DNA of 62,974 nt, filler included, from Choristocarpus tenellus KU-1152 (taxonomy: Eukaryota > Protista > Phaeophyceae), in the NCBI GenBank assembly GCA_964200185.2. It is 13 parts of 13 records of this genome, joined end to end, with 100 filler letters (N's around TTAATTAATTAA, not from the genome) between each part and the next. Parts side by side here need not be neighbours in the genome. Positions count along the whole stretch, not along the records: positions 50,330 to 53,888 come from CAXNAD020019270.1; positions 53,989 to 58,331 come from CAXNAD020015012.1; positions 58,432 to 62,974 come from CAXNAD020014078.1; 10 more parts are not named here. The stretch is one strand, 5' to 3'. Position 1 is the first letter of the stretch. Every line of letters begins with the position of its first letter. Of the stretch, positions 50,399 through 62,200 are shown in pieces. The notes beneath the pieces are model-generated. The model saw only the letters and a program-made list of their open reading frames with translations. It searched no databases and had not been told where the DNA came from. Both the position numbers and the translations under genes were made by a program.

Positions 50399-53300
50399 TC
50401 CTCGTTATGCTGCACCCTTGATCAAGCTCCTGTTCACCATGCTCACAGAACGAACCAGCAAGCAGGTGGACCTTGGGCCTGGTGTGGATAGGCCCCCTTA
50501 CAAAGGAGGAAGGGGGATAAGAAGCATAGGAGGTGGAAGCAACGCAAGGGGGAACGGGGGTGATGGTGGCAGCTCCAGAGCAAGTGGCAACAGTGGTAGG
50601 GGCACTGCCAGCAACTCCAGCCCCCCCTCACTGTCCTTTGGCAGGGGCAGTGATGGCTTTGGTGGCAGTGGCAATCTTACGAGGACCTCGTTCCAACTAT
50701 CTCAGTTGCCCTCTGTACAGAATGCTGATGCTGCTGCGGTGGGTGTATTTACCCTTACTCTGTTTCCTGTTTTGTGGCAGCCTCTCCCCCGGCCCTGACG
50801 TCTCGTGTTCTGATGCTATGTTTTGGTGTGGTCCACTTTTTTTTGTTTTTTCTTTGTTTTTGTTTTTTTTGTTTTTGTTTTGTTTGTTTTACGAGCCGGG
50901 GGTTTGGAGGATAGTGTGTATGTGCGTGTTTCTTTTTGAGGCGGGGTCAAACCAAGCGGATGGGTCTTGTTTTGTGTTTTTTTTTGTAGGGTTTGTTGTA
51001 TGTGGTCTCACCTTGCGAGGCGGGGTGTGTGATGGTGTGATGGTGTGTGTGTGTGTGCGTGTGCAGATTTAGACTCTGTGGTCTCACCTTGCGAGGCGGA
51101 GTGTGTGATGTATCGTGTGTAATTCCAGCTGTCGGGGTGTTTTGGGGGGTTTGGAGGTTTATGTTGGCGTCGTTTTTTGCTATGGAGTGTAATATTTGTT
51201 TTTCTTTATATTGGTGAGAGCGCGCTTCAGCATTTTTGTATTGTTTTGGTATAGGCGTTGATGAATAGGGTTAGGGTTTGTTCATGAAAGCAAAGTCGCT
51301 GCTCCTCCCCAATCTTGTTCTTTTGTATGTTTGCAAAAAAGGGTTGCATCTGGGGAGGATGAGAAATTATTCCTATTCAATACCCCCACGGACCCCCTAC
51401 CCCAACCTGAAGGATAAGGATGTGTGGACTTTAAAAAAATGACAGGTGATTCTGGGGATGCTTCCGCATATTTCGGAGGACATTGCTTATGGGGCTCTTG
51501 GAGCACTAAATAAGGTTTGCATGAGGTCTTGGTTGGGCTCAATAGGATGAGCTACTGCTCGGTGTGCTGCGCATTAGGGGCTGGAAGTATGTTGCCACAA
51601 GAGCAAGTGTTGGGAGGAGGTTAAGGTTTTCTATTTTATTTTTATGTTATTTTTATTTTTTTGGTTGAGGTGAGTCGGTAAGGTTTTTGATATGATTTTT
51701 GGGAATGACTGAAGAGTTAGGGACTTACTGCTGTGGAATTTATTTTGCAGGCCTTGGCCCTCTGTTGTACTGCAAGCGAGGTGGGCATGGATACTTGCAT
51801 TATGGACTAATACACAAAAGCAGCGCATTTTTCATGTCCTGTAGACTGAGCCTGAATTGCACTGGAGTTCTTTCTACCAGGGGACACTTCCCACCCTCCA
51901 GCATGCCTCCTCTCCCACAACATCCCCTCCTCCCCCCAGCCCCCCCTCCAAACCCCACGCCCTTCCCCATCTCTGTTGATCTCCACGTCCATGGTCTTAA
52001 TTGATTGAGACAGGTGGTCAGAGCTGGTACATTGGCTGAAGTTGAAGCACTGGTTCATTCGGGAGCTGCAAGAAGGGCAGCAGAGGACCTGGCAAGGGCT
52101 CTTCAGGTTCAACAAGCAGGTGCGAGTGGAGGATACTCTTGTGTCATGGGATGGCGTGGGGAGGGGGAGGGGGAGAGATGGATTGGGATGGGACTTGCTG
52201 AGGTCTAAGGTAAAGACAAGGGGGATGTTTTGTTGTTGGCGGTATGTTAGCAGTCAGTACTGCAGTCAGCCTACTCTCTTCATGGTTGTTTGTTGTGATT
52301 TTTTTTTTACTATTTTGTGATTTGACCTCTGGGTTGTGGTCTTGGCTTGTTGAGGTTTTGTCTGTTCCTATGTTTGCTTTGGCGTAATTTTTTGTTTGTT
52401 TTGAAAGCGTCTGTTACAGTGTCTGTCTTGTTGTAGTGTCTGTCTTGTTGTAGTGTCTGTCTTGTTGTAGTGTCTGTCTTGTGGTAGTGTCTGTCTTGTG
52501 GTAGTGTCTGTCTGCTCTAGTGTCTGTCTGTTATGGTGTCCGTCTATTATGGTGTCTGTCTGTTAGAGTATCTGTTCTAGTGTCTGCCTGTCATCTTGTC
52601 TGTCTCTATTCACTGTATCTGAACCCTGGCTTCATCATTGCATCCTTTTTGTATCTGTCTGCCTCACCCTTTCCACATAGTTTGCGTGCAATGTAGTCAG
52701 AGCTGGGACCCTTACACCATCTCATGCCAACCCTTAATGCTGAGCTTATTCTCTCCCTCGATGCCAACCCTAGCCCTGACCCTGTCCCTCACCGCCTCTA
52801 CCATTTCCCCCACCTCGACTCTGTAATAGTTTAGTTAGCAACATGACATCACTGGAAATTCAAATACCAGAACATTTTGAGTGGTTGATGGTTGTGATAT
52901 GGGTGGGGAGGGTACTATTTGATCACCAACTGCCACTTCACTGATGACTTAAAATGATACCAAGCGGAAGACTCTGCAAGTTCAAATTGAAAACACGGCA
53001 GTTTTACGGTATGTTTTGTGCCTATTGATTAAAAAAAAGAAGGTATGGAGCAACAAGTTTTGGTATTGTGCACAAGCACTCTACCCACCAAATGTTGTGT
53101 TCATCATGGTGAACACCTTCCTATTTCAAGGTTTCAGAATGTGGCAACTCCGCTGCTTGTATCTGAAGCTGATGTTAGTGTTACTTTTCATGACTACTAA
53201 TGATATGATTCCACTACAGTCATTGGATACAAAATCGTTAAGTTCTGCCCTTCCCATCCTCTTCCCCCCCCCCCTATCAAACAATCAATCACTCTGGAAA

Positions 53301-53556
53301 CACCTAGGTGGTATTTTGTATTGTGATCCTTGTGTCCTCCAACGCACTCCCACAGCCCTTCCTCAATCGGTGCTGTTTAAAAATGTTCTGTGCACAGACC
53401 ATGCTAGCCCTGTCTCTTGTATGCTTCTATTTTCACCAGGACATGAAGGGGTGACTCCCACTTCAGTGCAGCAGTCGAGGAGGGTAAGCTCTGGTCAGCT
53501 GACAGAAGTGGAGGAGTTGAGATTGTTGACAGGATCTTCCAATGGAGAATCTTCCG
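50399..53556 (+). CDS. Unidentified protein, internal exons 50399-50738, 52014-52119, 53440-53556
   Basis: Phase-compatible GT-AG exons: PRYAAPLIKLLFTMLTER...(Gly/Ser-rich)...NADAAA|VVRAGTLAEVEALVHSGAARRAAEDLARALQVQQAG|HEGVTPT... Confidence 0.65.
52418..52600. repeat. 17-bp minisatellite (GTGTCTGTCTTGT(T/G)GTA), decaying toward its 3' end
   Basis: About 5 near-perfect units followed by degenerate shorter units. Confidence 0.9.
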
Positions 53557-55115
53557 GTGAGGGGTGGAATGAGATTGTCCCACAATACCTTAAGGGCGGT
53601 AAGCTCAATAGTGGAGTTCATGGGGACCGAGTGAGAGGGTGGGGGTTCTGGCGTCTGTTGCATGTTTTTGTTGATTGTCGACTTCATCTTCTTGTTCTTA
53701 CTTTGGTTGGGGGGTCCTCTGATCTACCAATCTCTTCCGTACTTTGTGTGGGTATTATATCGCATTTGGAGGTGGGGCAGGGGGGGGGACAAGAGGAAGA
53801 TATACTTGGGAGAGAGGAAGGTATTGTATTAGAGATGGTCGGCATGGCTTCAAGGTATGAAAACCCCGCCTTTTCTACATCCCCCCCTNNNNNNNNNNNN
53901 NNNNNNNNNNNNNNNNNNNNNNNNNNNNNNNNTTAATTAATTAANNNNNNNNNNNNNNNNNNNNNNNNNNNNNNNNNNNNNNNNNNNNAAGTCCTTCATA
54001 CTTTCATGATGAGGGACAAAGATGCAAGAGCATGTTCGGAAATGACTTCCCATGGATCTTTCTTCAACTTGCCTCCTTCATCAAGAAAGTAGTTCGTCAG
54101 GTTGCATTTCTCAATCTGTAATAGAAATTTACTCGACTGGGCCCTTGCGTGGTTCAGAACTAGAGACTCTGACCCGTCTTGGCAGTCTTGTACAGATCAT
54201 CATGATCTCTCACACAGTTCAATTCGTGTCCCTAGTCCACACCTCCGATTTCCTGAAGCGATGCAAGAAATACTTCCTCCATACCTTCTCTCACCACTTG
54301 TGCATGACAACCTCTGCAAGAACTTCATTCGTCCCTGCGTTCAAGGTCCCTGCCAGAATCAGCATCACCACCTACATCCTACCTTTGCCATACTGGATGC
54401 ATCTCGTCTTCAGAAACTTGCGTACATGTTCCTCGGTTAGGTCCTCCAAGTTTAGGGTCACATACAATGCTGGCATGTTGAGAGACCAACAGAAGTTACC
54501 TTCCTCGACCTCTGTCTTCAGACATCGTAGTGCCTCATTAATCTACTGCTTATCTCATCTTGGTTGCGATGTGCGCTAACCATAAGTCAGTAAACTCCGT
54601 TATCACATAACCACCTGATAAAGTCAATCACGTTCCTTATTCCCAAAGCTTTGGCCAGCCAAATGTCAGAATTCGATCGAATTATAATCATCTGTAGTCC
54701 AAGGATCGTTTTCAGCCTGGAAGGACTCCTTGCAGGGCTTGCAGCATATCTAATTAATGAAACCCTGTCCATTCCTCCCCCCCACTTCATGTCCTTTCCA
54801 AAGACACACTCAAATGCACTCCAAAGTACATCCTCTATCCACTAGGATACTGGTATAGGATACATCAGTTTCACTTCCTAATATCCTACTACCATGTCAC
54901 GAAGAAAGATCCAAATTCCACATTCAAAACAAACTATAAACTTAACTTCGGGCTATGATCTTCCTCTAGTGATGACTGAGACAATCCCTCATGACCCAAA
55001 AAGGCATCATTGAACTAAGAAAAGCACTTTGGTTTGCTAGACACTAACCCTTCCTGCAACAGCAAATGTGAGGTCGGACACAAAAATCATGTTAAAGACA
55101 GACAGGTTGGAAAGC

Positions 55116-57153
55116 TGTGCAAAGAGCTGTTCGAATACAGTTTTGGTTTATGTGGTATGGATGAATGAATTAGCGGAGTAAGCACCATCCCTCGAGGTAG
55201 GGGGTGCCCTGCCTCGTCACCTACTGTACATGTCAGTAGACATATCAGAACGTGTCTATGTCACTGTTTAGTCATTCTGCGTCAGTCGTAGCTGCTTCAG
55301 CCACTTGTACCAAACCAAAAAGAAACGAATGAGCCCGTCGAGACTAGAACTCAATACTCCAACCATACAGAGGTAAGTGATTGACAATTAAGCCAATTCG
55401 ACTAACAGCTTTGTTACAAGCTACTCGCTTTCAAAAACCTTACGAAGAACCTACAGACTACCAGCCTATATTGCACACTACCCCATGAGCGTGCGGTGAA
55501 GTTGCTGACAAAGCTTAACCCCGACGCGAAAGCACAGAATGCAAAAAATCAGAAATAAGGTTCTTGCGCAAAGACTTGGTCAAAATGTCGGGCAGCTGTT
55601 TAGATGTAGCAACGTATCGTACGTGGAACAGACCCTGATCTACGTATCCTCTGGTGCACTCGAGATTCATATCCACGTGCTTCGTTCTCCTGTTGAAACC
55701 TGTGATGCTGCCCGCCTGGATAGCACCACGGTTATCACAAAACCTGGGAGTTTGGTCCTGCAGTGCGCCGATCTCCCCAAGAATACCTGGAAGGAAGATG
55801 CGGTGGCGCATGCCGTATGATATTGCCGTCCACTCTGCCTCCGAGCTGGAGGAGGTGACGGCGCCTTGAAGCTTGGATCACCAGGCGATCAGTGATCCTT
55901 TGAATAGTAGTATGTGTAGCTCGTCACACCCCTGCGCGTTTGAGAGTCGGTGCCCCAGTCGGAATCCCCATACCCCACCAAGAGCTCTCCGTCCCCTCCG
56001 TCCATATCGCCAATCCCCCGACCAAAATGAATGCAGACGTCCAGTGTCCCTGCTACGTAGCACAGAACGTGTTGCAGTCCGCGCCAGTGCATGCATGCAG
56101 AGCCCCCCTGCGCAACCAGTTCACGAATGCTGTTGGCCAGGTCTGGGCGAGTCATGCCTGCTAGAGACATGAGTTGGCCGAGGATGCTGACGTAGGGATA
56201 GATGGTGAGATTCAGTTCCTCCTCATTGTCATGCCTGGCAGAGAGGTTCATGCCCGGGTCGAGCGGTGTAGATGTGTGCCGCACTTCCATGGAGTCCATT
56301 CCCGCCATGACAATGCTTTCTGTGAAAAGCTGTTGGTCCAGGGTGATGCTGTCCACACCCACAGTGATGCCCACCCCAATAAGCTTGTTCGGCGTGTCTA
56401 GGTCCCTCCCCTAGTATTTCTCCACTGGCAATGCCCTCATCCTCTGGATCTCCTCTGTGAAGTCCCCAGTGGTGGCAGTGTCGTCCACGTAGGTAGTGAG
56501 GGTGGCGATGCGTCCGTCGTCACTCTTCCTGATGTAGAGGCACTCGTCGTGTTGGCTGCTCGTCCACCCTTCTGCCAGAATGGTGACGCGTAGTTCGTGA
56601 TACCAATTCCATGACTGACTGCTTCAGCCCATAGATTGCCTTCTCTGCCTTGATGGTGCGGCCGTCAGGAAGCTCCAGCCAGACGTCCTCCTTCTGGTCT
56701 GCATTGAGTTAGGCCTGCGTGAATTCCAGGGTGTCAATGCTCCAACCTCTGTACGTTGTGACGGATATGACGCACCGTAGTGTGTCGTACCCCACCACCG
56801 GGCTGAAGGTTTCGAAGAAGTCCACACCTGCGTTTTGTGTGAACCTGCAAGCCACGAGTCACGCCATATGGTGTTCCACCGTCCCATCCGCGGAGCACTT
56901 GATTTTGAAGACGAATCGCGTCTTGATTGCCTTCCTCCCTTGGGGCAGGGCCTTGTCACCGAACGACCCCTTCTGTCATAGCCCTGTCATTTCTTTCTCC
57001 ATGACCTTCTTCCTGCCACTGCTCTGCATCCGGCCCACACAAGGCCTCCTTCGTTGTAGACGGCTCGTCTGCACCTGTTGCCACCTCCCCCATAAGACCC
57101 ATAAGGCAGTACACATCTTGTCGTTGTTGTTCTGCTGTATGAGGGCTGACACG
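55116..57153 (-). mobile_element. Ty1/copia retrotransposon, 3' half (RT, RNase H, PPT, 3' LTR 55116-55477), degenerate
   Basis: RT: AIYGLKQS, DECLY, TYVDD, TRPDL, GYGDSDW. RNase H: CDNRGAI, RTKHVD, QLPDILTK. LTR ends TGTGCAAA...ATTGCACA with a G-rich tract just inside. Confidence 0.95.
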
Positions 57154-58331
57154 TGTGCAAAAAGATCTGCTCGAGAAGAGTTTTTTTATGTGGTATGAAT
57201 GAATTTATTAACGGAGTCAGCAACATCCTCGAGATGGGGGGTACTTTGCCTCGTTATCTATTGCCCAAATCAGCAGACACGTCAGAACGTGTGGGTTTCA
57301 GTTGTATTACGTCATTCCTTCTGCCTCACTGGTACTACGTCACTCGTTCTGCGTCAGTCGTCCTGCGTCGGCTACTTATATTAAGCAGCAATGAGAAATC
57401 AACCCATCGAGACTCGAACCAGTGCAAAAAAGAGCTGTTGGAATAGAGCTTTTACTTTATGTGGTATGGATGAATTTATTAGCGGAGTCAGCACCATCCC
57501 TCGAGGTGGGTGCTCTGCCTCGTTATGTGTTGCGCAAGTCAGCAGACATGTAAGAACGTGTCTGTGTCAGTCGCACTACGTCATTCGTTCTGCGTCACTA
57601 GTACTATGTTAGTCGTTCTGCGTCAGTCGTAGCTGCGTCAGCTACTTTCACTAAGCAGCAATAAGAAATCAATTCACCGTGATTCGGACCTATTACTCTA
57701 AGCTACGGAAACAAGACATTGACATTTCATCAACTCAGTCAACATTTCTCATAAATGATACTGGTTGCCAAACACTTGACAAACGTATAGTCTACCAGCC
57801 TATATTGCACATCACACTCCCCCATGAGCGTGCAGCAAAGGTTGCTGACAAAAACTCACTCCCGACGCGAAAACATGGAATGCACAAAATCAGAAGTAAG
57901 CCTCTTGCGCAAGAGAGGTCCATGCTGGGGCCGAGCAGCGTGGACGTGTGTGCCGCACTTCCGTGGAGCCCATTCCCGCCATGACAATGCTTTCCGCGCA
58001 TAGATGTTTGGTCCAGGGTGATGTCGTTCGCACCCACAGTGATGCCCACCCAATAAGCTTGTTCGGCTTATCCCGCGTGCCTAGGTCCCGTCCCGCCCCT
58101 CGTATTTCTCCAATGGCGATGCCCTCATCCTCTGGATCTCCTCTGTGAAGTCCCCAGTGGTGGCAGTATCGTCCACGTAGGTAGTGAGGGTGGCGATGCG
58201 TCCGTCGTCACTCTTCCTGATGTAGAGGCACTCGTCGTGTTGGCTGCTCGTCCACCCTTCTGCCAGAATGGTGACGCGTAGTTCGTGATACCAATTCCAT
58301 GACTGACTGCTTCAGCCCATAGATTGCCTTC
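57154..58331 (-). mobile_element. Second copy of the same copia family: partial LTR (57154-~57420), LTR (~57421-57811), PPT, internally deleted RNase H/RT
   Basis: Both LTR pieces are homologous to 55116-55477; PPT GGGGGAG; 57950-58331 repeats 56270-56643. Confidence 0.88.
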
Positions 58332-58439
58332 NNNNNNNNNNNNNNNNNNNNNNNNNNNNNNNNNNNNNNNNNNNNTTAATTAATTAANNNNNNNNNNNNN
58401 NNNNNNNNNNNNNNNNNNNNNNNNNNNNNNNCAACTACA

Positions 58440-58615
58440 GGCTGAAAGTATCCGGGGAGGGGGGGGTCTACACTAGGGTGTCCATTTGGGCCATGCCCAG
58501 GAGAAGTGAACTTACATTATCCATCCAACGCAAGCAACCAAAGCACTCAAAATCGCGACATGAAAAAATGATCCCCAAATGGACAGCCAGCACCCTCCCT
58601 CAGATAATTTGAGCC
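58440..58615. mobile_element. MITE family B (related to family A)
   Basis: TIRs GGCTGAAAGTATCCGGGGAGGG / CCCTCCCTCAGATAATTTGAGCC; subterminal GTCCATTTGGG / CCCAAATGGAC shared with family A; flanks ACA/ACA. Confidence 0.8.
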
Positions 58616-59598
58616 ACATGCATTGATGATGATGTCAGAATGTGTCAACTCACTTCCTATCCGCTAATCAGAGTGAGGACTCATAAGTGCAAGATAAAAC
58701 TAGAAGTTAGTAGCACACTTAGATATGGATCATTTCCATGGAATCACATATGAGATATTAAGATATAATTCTTCTACTTCACATTATTGCTTCAATCCTC
58801 GCTTCTACCAAAGTCGGATCATAGCAGATAGGTGGGTCAAAACCCCCTTGTTTTGGAGGCAATAGGTGGTATGTAGTGTGGGTTGAAGTAAGCTTAGATT
58901 GAAACTGAAGGAATGTGAAAATGGTTGTTTTAGAGCAGAGCTGATCGTGACTTCTACAGGGAAGTATCATACCAATTCGGTATGTTAGATCTCTATCAGT
59001 AGGTAATCCACTTGATACCTGTTGATATTTGTGGTAACTGTAAGTTGCAATCGTTGGGCTCAAAACTATTCGAAGGGCTGTTAGGAGGGTACAACCCTCA
59101 TGCATCTTTGCGTAGGAATATTTTATGTGCCTTCTCACTCTCGGGAATAGAATGACGACATCAGTTCTGCCCTACGCAATAGTTCTCTCCTCCTCTGGAA
59201 TCCTAAATCCTGGTGGGAACTTAAATTGGAGGAAGGATAGTATCTTAATCCTCTCTGATGTATAGGAGATCCTACTAGAGATGCTGCTTGTCTCCTTTCT
59301 ACCTGAACAATTCTGGATTTCAGAATATTGGGGCAGGATATGCAAACAAGGTCATTCCATGATATGACGATATGACGATCTTGTCCAATTCGACCACAAC
59401 ATAAAAAAGAGTGTTCACTTCCACTCTGTATGTAAACCTCCAGGGTAGTAGTGTGTTGTAATAATCTGGATTAATAATAGAGCTCTACTATTAGTGACAA
59501 ACAATGCAGGGTAAGGCATATTGATCTCTAGATTCTTAAATAATGACGTAAGTATTGCTGTGCTTCGTAGGCCTCTCCTGGGATATGTGTGTGTGTAT

Positions 59599-59847
59599 GA
59601 GTCAAAGTAAACGAGAGGTAGCCAAGGTTTTCCCGTTTGTATTTAAGGTACTGTTTCACCTTTTTACAATCCAATCTTATTTCATGCTTGAAGTGCTAAG
59701 ATTGACTTGAGAGGGTTGATTTCTAATTGCTGAAATTATTTCCAACAGAAATTAGAAAAAAATTCTATACGCATTAAAAATATATATATACAAAATTGTT
59801 AACATCCTTAAAATGCAAACCCTTGATAACTCTCGTCACTTTGTTTC
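59599..59847. mobile_element. MITE family C copy (Sola2-like)
   Basis: GAGTCAAAGTAAACGAGAGGTA...TAACTCTCGTCACTTTGTTTC with perfect 4-bp TSD GTAT. Confidence 0.85.
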
Positions 59848-60261
59848 GTATGCCGTATTCTATTGGGACCAACAAAAGACATGAAGTAGCTAGGTGAGCT
59901 GTGACAAAATAAGGTATTTGTTATTTGTGTGTTGAGTGTTCTTCCAGACAGTAAATGTTCAGGAGTCATAACAAAGTCATGACTCTTGCATTCCTATTTT
60001 CAATCTACGCATAGGGTTTTCAAAAGCGACTCGCTCTGGTAGACAAGAAAAGCTTGGTGGCTATCATGTGCAACCGAACCATACTTGAGAAGATTATCAT
60101 ACCGTAGAGCCGTAAAATATATGCTAGTACTATAGTAGTATATATGTATGTTCATCGACAAATGTGCATTCCATGCAAGGTATCTACGCACATGGAAAAA
60201 CAACACAAAAGTTGGTGAACCGAAGCCTCAATTTGGTGTGTTGGAATTTTTTGCACAGTGA

Positions 60262-60510
60262 GACCCAAAGTATCTGGGGGAGGGGGGNNNNNNNNNNTGT
60301 TTGTTTGTGGTGTGTTTTCCTTGCAGAGTGGATGACTGAGAGTGGTGGGGGGGGGGGGGGGGGGGGGTCTACACCGGAGTGTCCGTTTGGCCCCAAACCA
60401 GGAAAAGTGTAATTTCATTATCCATCCAATGTATGGAACCAAATCACCCAGAAATCGCGACATGGACACAATAGCCCCAAATGTACAGCCGCCACCCCCC
60501 CTAGATTATC
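60262..60510. mobile_element. MITE family B copy (spans a 10-N gap)
   Basis: GACCCAAAGTATCTGGGGG start; 60365-60505 homologous to 58465-58605. Confidence 0.7.
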
Positions 60511-60899
60511 CAAAGTAAATTATTTGCACTGCTGCAAGAGCTTATGGAGGCTGTGTTGTTGGCTGCGCCTTTGGTCCTCTTTACGCTCCCTTTTCTAGGA
60601 GTGCTATACGACTATTCATACCACTACATAAATCTCTGTAGCGCTTGAAATTGCTAGTATTAATAGCACCTTGAGGCACTATGAGGCCCTAGATAGGGCT
60701 TGCAGCATTCCCAAGTTCCTAGCGTTACGAGGAACAATCCTGTACTATTTACAGCCAAATAGCACTCCCAGAGCTACTATAGCAGTACTATTAGTGCTTG
60801 TAATTCGAACTATATAGCACTAAATAATCGCACATATTGTACTTAGTACAAGATAAAGAAAAATTGGTAGCCAGATGGCATACAGTGTAATGCGCAAAT

Positions 60900-61275
60900 T
60901 TGTATAATACTCTTCTTCCTGTGGCTCCTCCCCCTCTGATCTGGTTGTTCTTAGCTCGGCTGGTTATAACAAGGTTCTTGGAGATGTCCAATCATTGTTC
61001 AACTCCGCAACTGCTATGCCTAGCACTGTAATGAAGAAGGTATAGAATAGGATGCGGGGAAGAACACACCCTTACTGAAGGCCTTTCCTCACCTCAAACC
61101 AGTCTGTATGTTTTCCATCGCCTACACAAATGCATGCCCACATTTCATGGTGAAATCGATATATAACTGACATATCTTCTCAAGCACTCAATACTTGGCA
61201 ATTGCAGTTCACAGGAGAAATTGATATACAGAAAAATGTTCTCTCTTTAGGTCAATAATATGCATGAACAGAGGT
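60900..61275 (-). mobile_element. RTE-like LINE reverse-transcriptase fragment
   Basis: IIDLKR...SVIYRFHHEMWACICVGDGKHTDWFEVRKGLQ*GCVLPRILFYTFF (cf. GLRQGCVLAPLLF). Confidence 0.8.
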
Positions 61276-61689
61276 GCGTACTGCTTCTCCTCTTTTCTCC
61301 AGGCAGAACCCCCCCCTGTGCCTTTCCTCCTGGTGCCGCTGCAGCACCGTAGGTGCTAACTGGTGGATCTTCTCCTCCTCTTCTCCCTCTAGTACCGCCC
61401 CCTCGGGGTTGCCCGCACAAAACTCCTTCCTGCTCTATTCCTTCTGGAGCCACTGAAACACAGGCGCTACTACTGAACTTATCTTCCTCCTTTCTCCCAA
61501 ACACAGACCCCCTCTTACCCACACACTATTGTGTGCGCGTGAGAAGTCTACAGTGCCCTATTCCAAGCATGGAAGGTCAGCAGATAGTCATCACGGTTGT
61601 TTCAAGTGAAACAACGGAGTACTGTGTCGGATTATTGCTCAACAGGATTATCGTAACATGTTCGTCTGAGCACGTGCAGTTCCGTGCAC

Positions 61690-62080
61690 AGGTGTGGTTC
61701 TGCTGACAAACCATGAAGAAATTATTGCAGTGTAAGGTGCGATGTTGCAAGGGATATGCAGGGAACAAAGGAGCAACATCTTTGCTACATGTTCGTCTTA
61801 AGTACAGATATAAAGATGGCAGCACAAACCAAGTGCAGCTCACACTCCCACCTCAATCGTTGTGGGTGCATTGATTAGAGAATGGACCCAGCAACTCCCA
61901 CCACAAACCTTCTCCAACCATCGGAAGGTCTGATGAAAGGAAGTCCTTACCCCAACTCGCCCACACAGATCTTGAATGGAAAGTTCATGTTGCATATTTC
62001 AAGCCGCAGAAAGTAGATTTTAAGCAAAATTGGTTTTCTTCAAGAAGATTGTCGAATGAAATTTTTCCATTCCCTCACAC
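61690..62080 (+). pseudogene. Possible hAT transposase relic with a BED zinc finger
   Basis: VWFC*...QCKVRCCKGYAGNKGATSLLHVRLKY resembles a BED finger (W..CxxC..G.TS.L..H). Confidence 0.4.
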
Positions 62081-62085
62081 TCTAA

Positions 62086-62200
62086 GACTCAAAGTATCTG
62101 GGGTGGGTGGGTGGCGGCTGTCCATTTGGGGTCCATTTTTCCATGTCACGATTTTTGGGTGATGTGCTTGATTCGTTGGATGGATGATGTAAGCGCACTG
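62086..62200. mobile_element. MITE family B, truncated, reverse orientation
   Basis: GACTCAAAGTATCTGGGG...GCTGTCCATTTGGGG...GTTGGATGGAT is the reverse complement of the right half of 58440-58615. Confidence 0.75.

Noticed and set aside
53016-53936. Longest ORF in the track (306 aa) as a single-exon gene
   Set aside because: Only 53440-53556 has splice signals and the right phase. The rest reads as intron and runs into Ns.
6847-58431. Twelve regularly recurring TTAATTAATTAA palindromes within N runs
   Set aside because: Synthetic six-frame-stop linker used to concatenate contigs. It is not biological, and it rules out any gene-cluster inference across linkers.
58779-59400. Coding-like minus-strand stretch
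   Set aside because: Multiple stops and no motif I can identify; insufficient support
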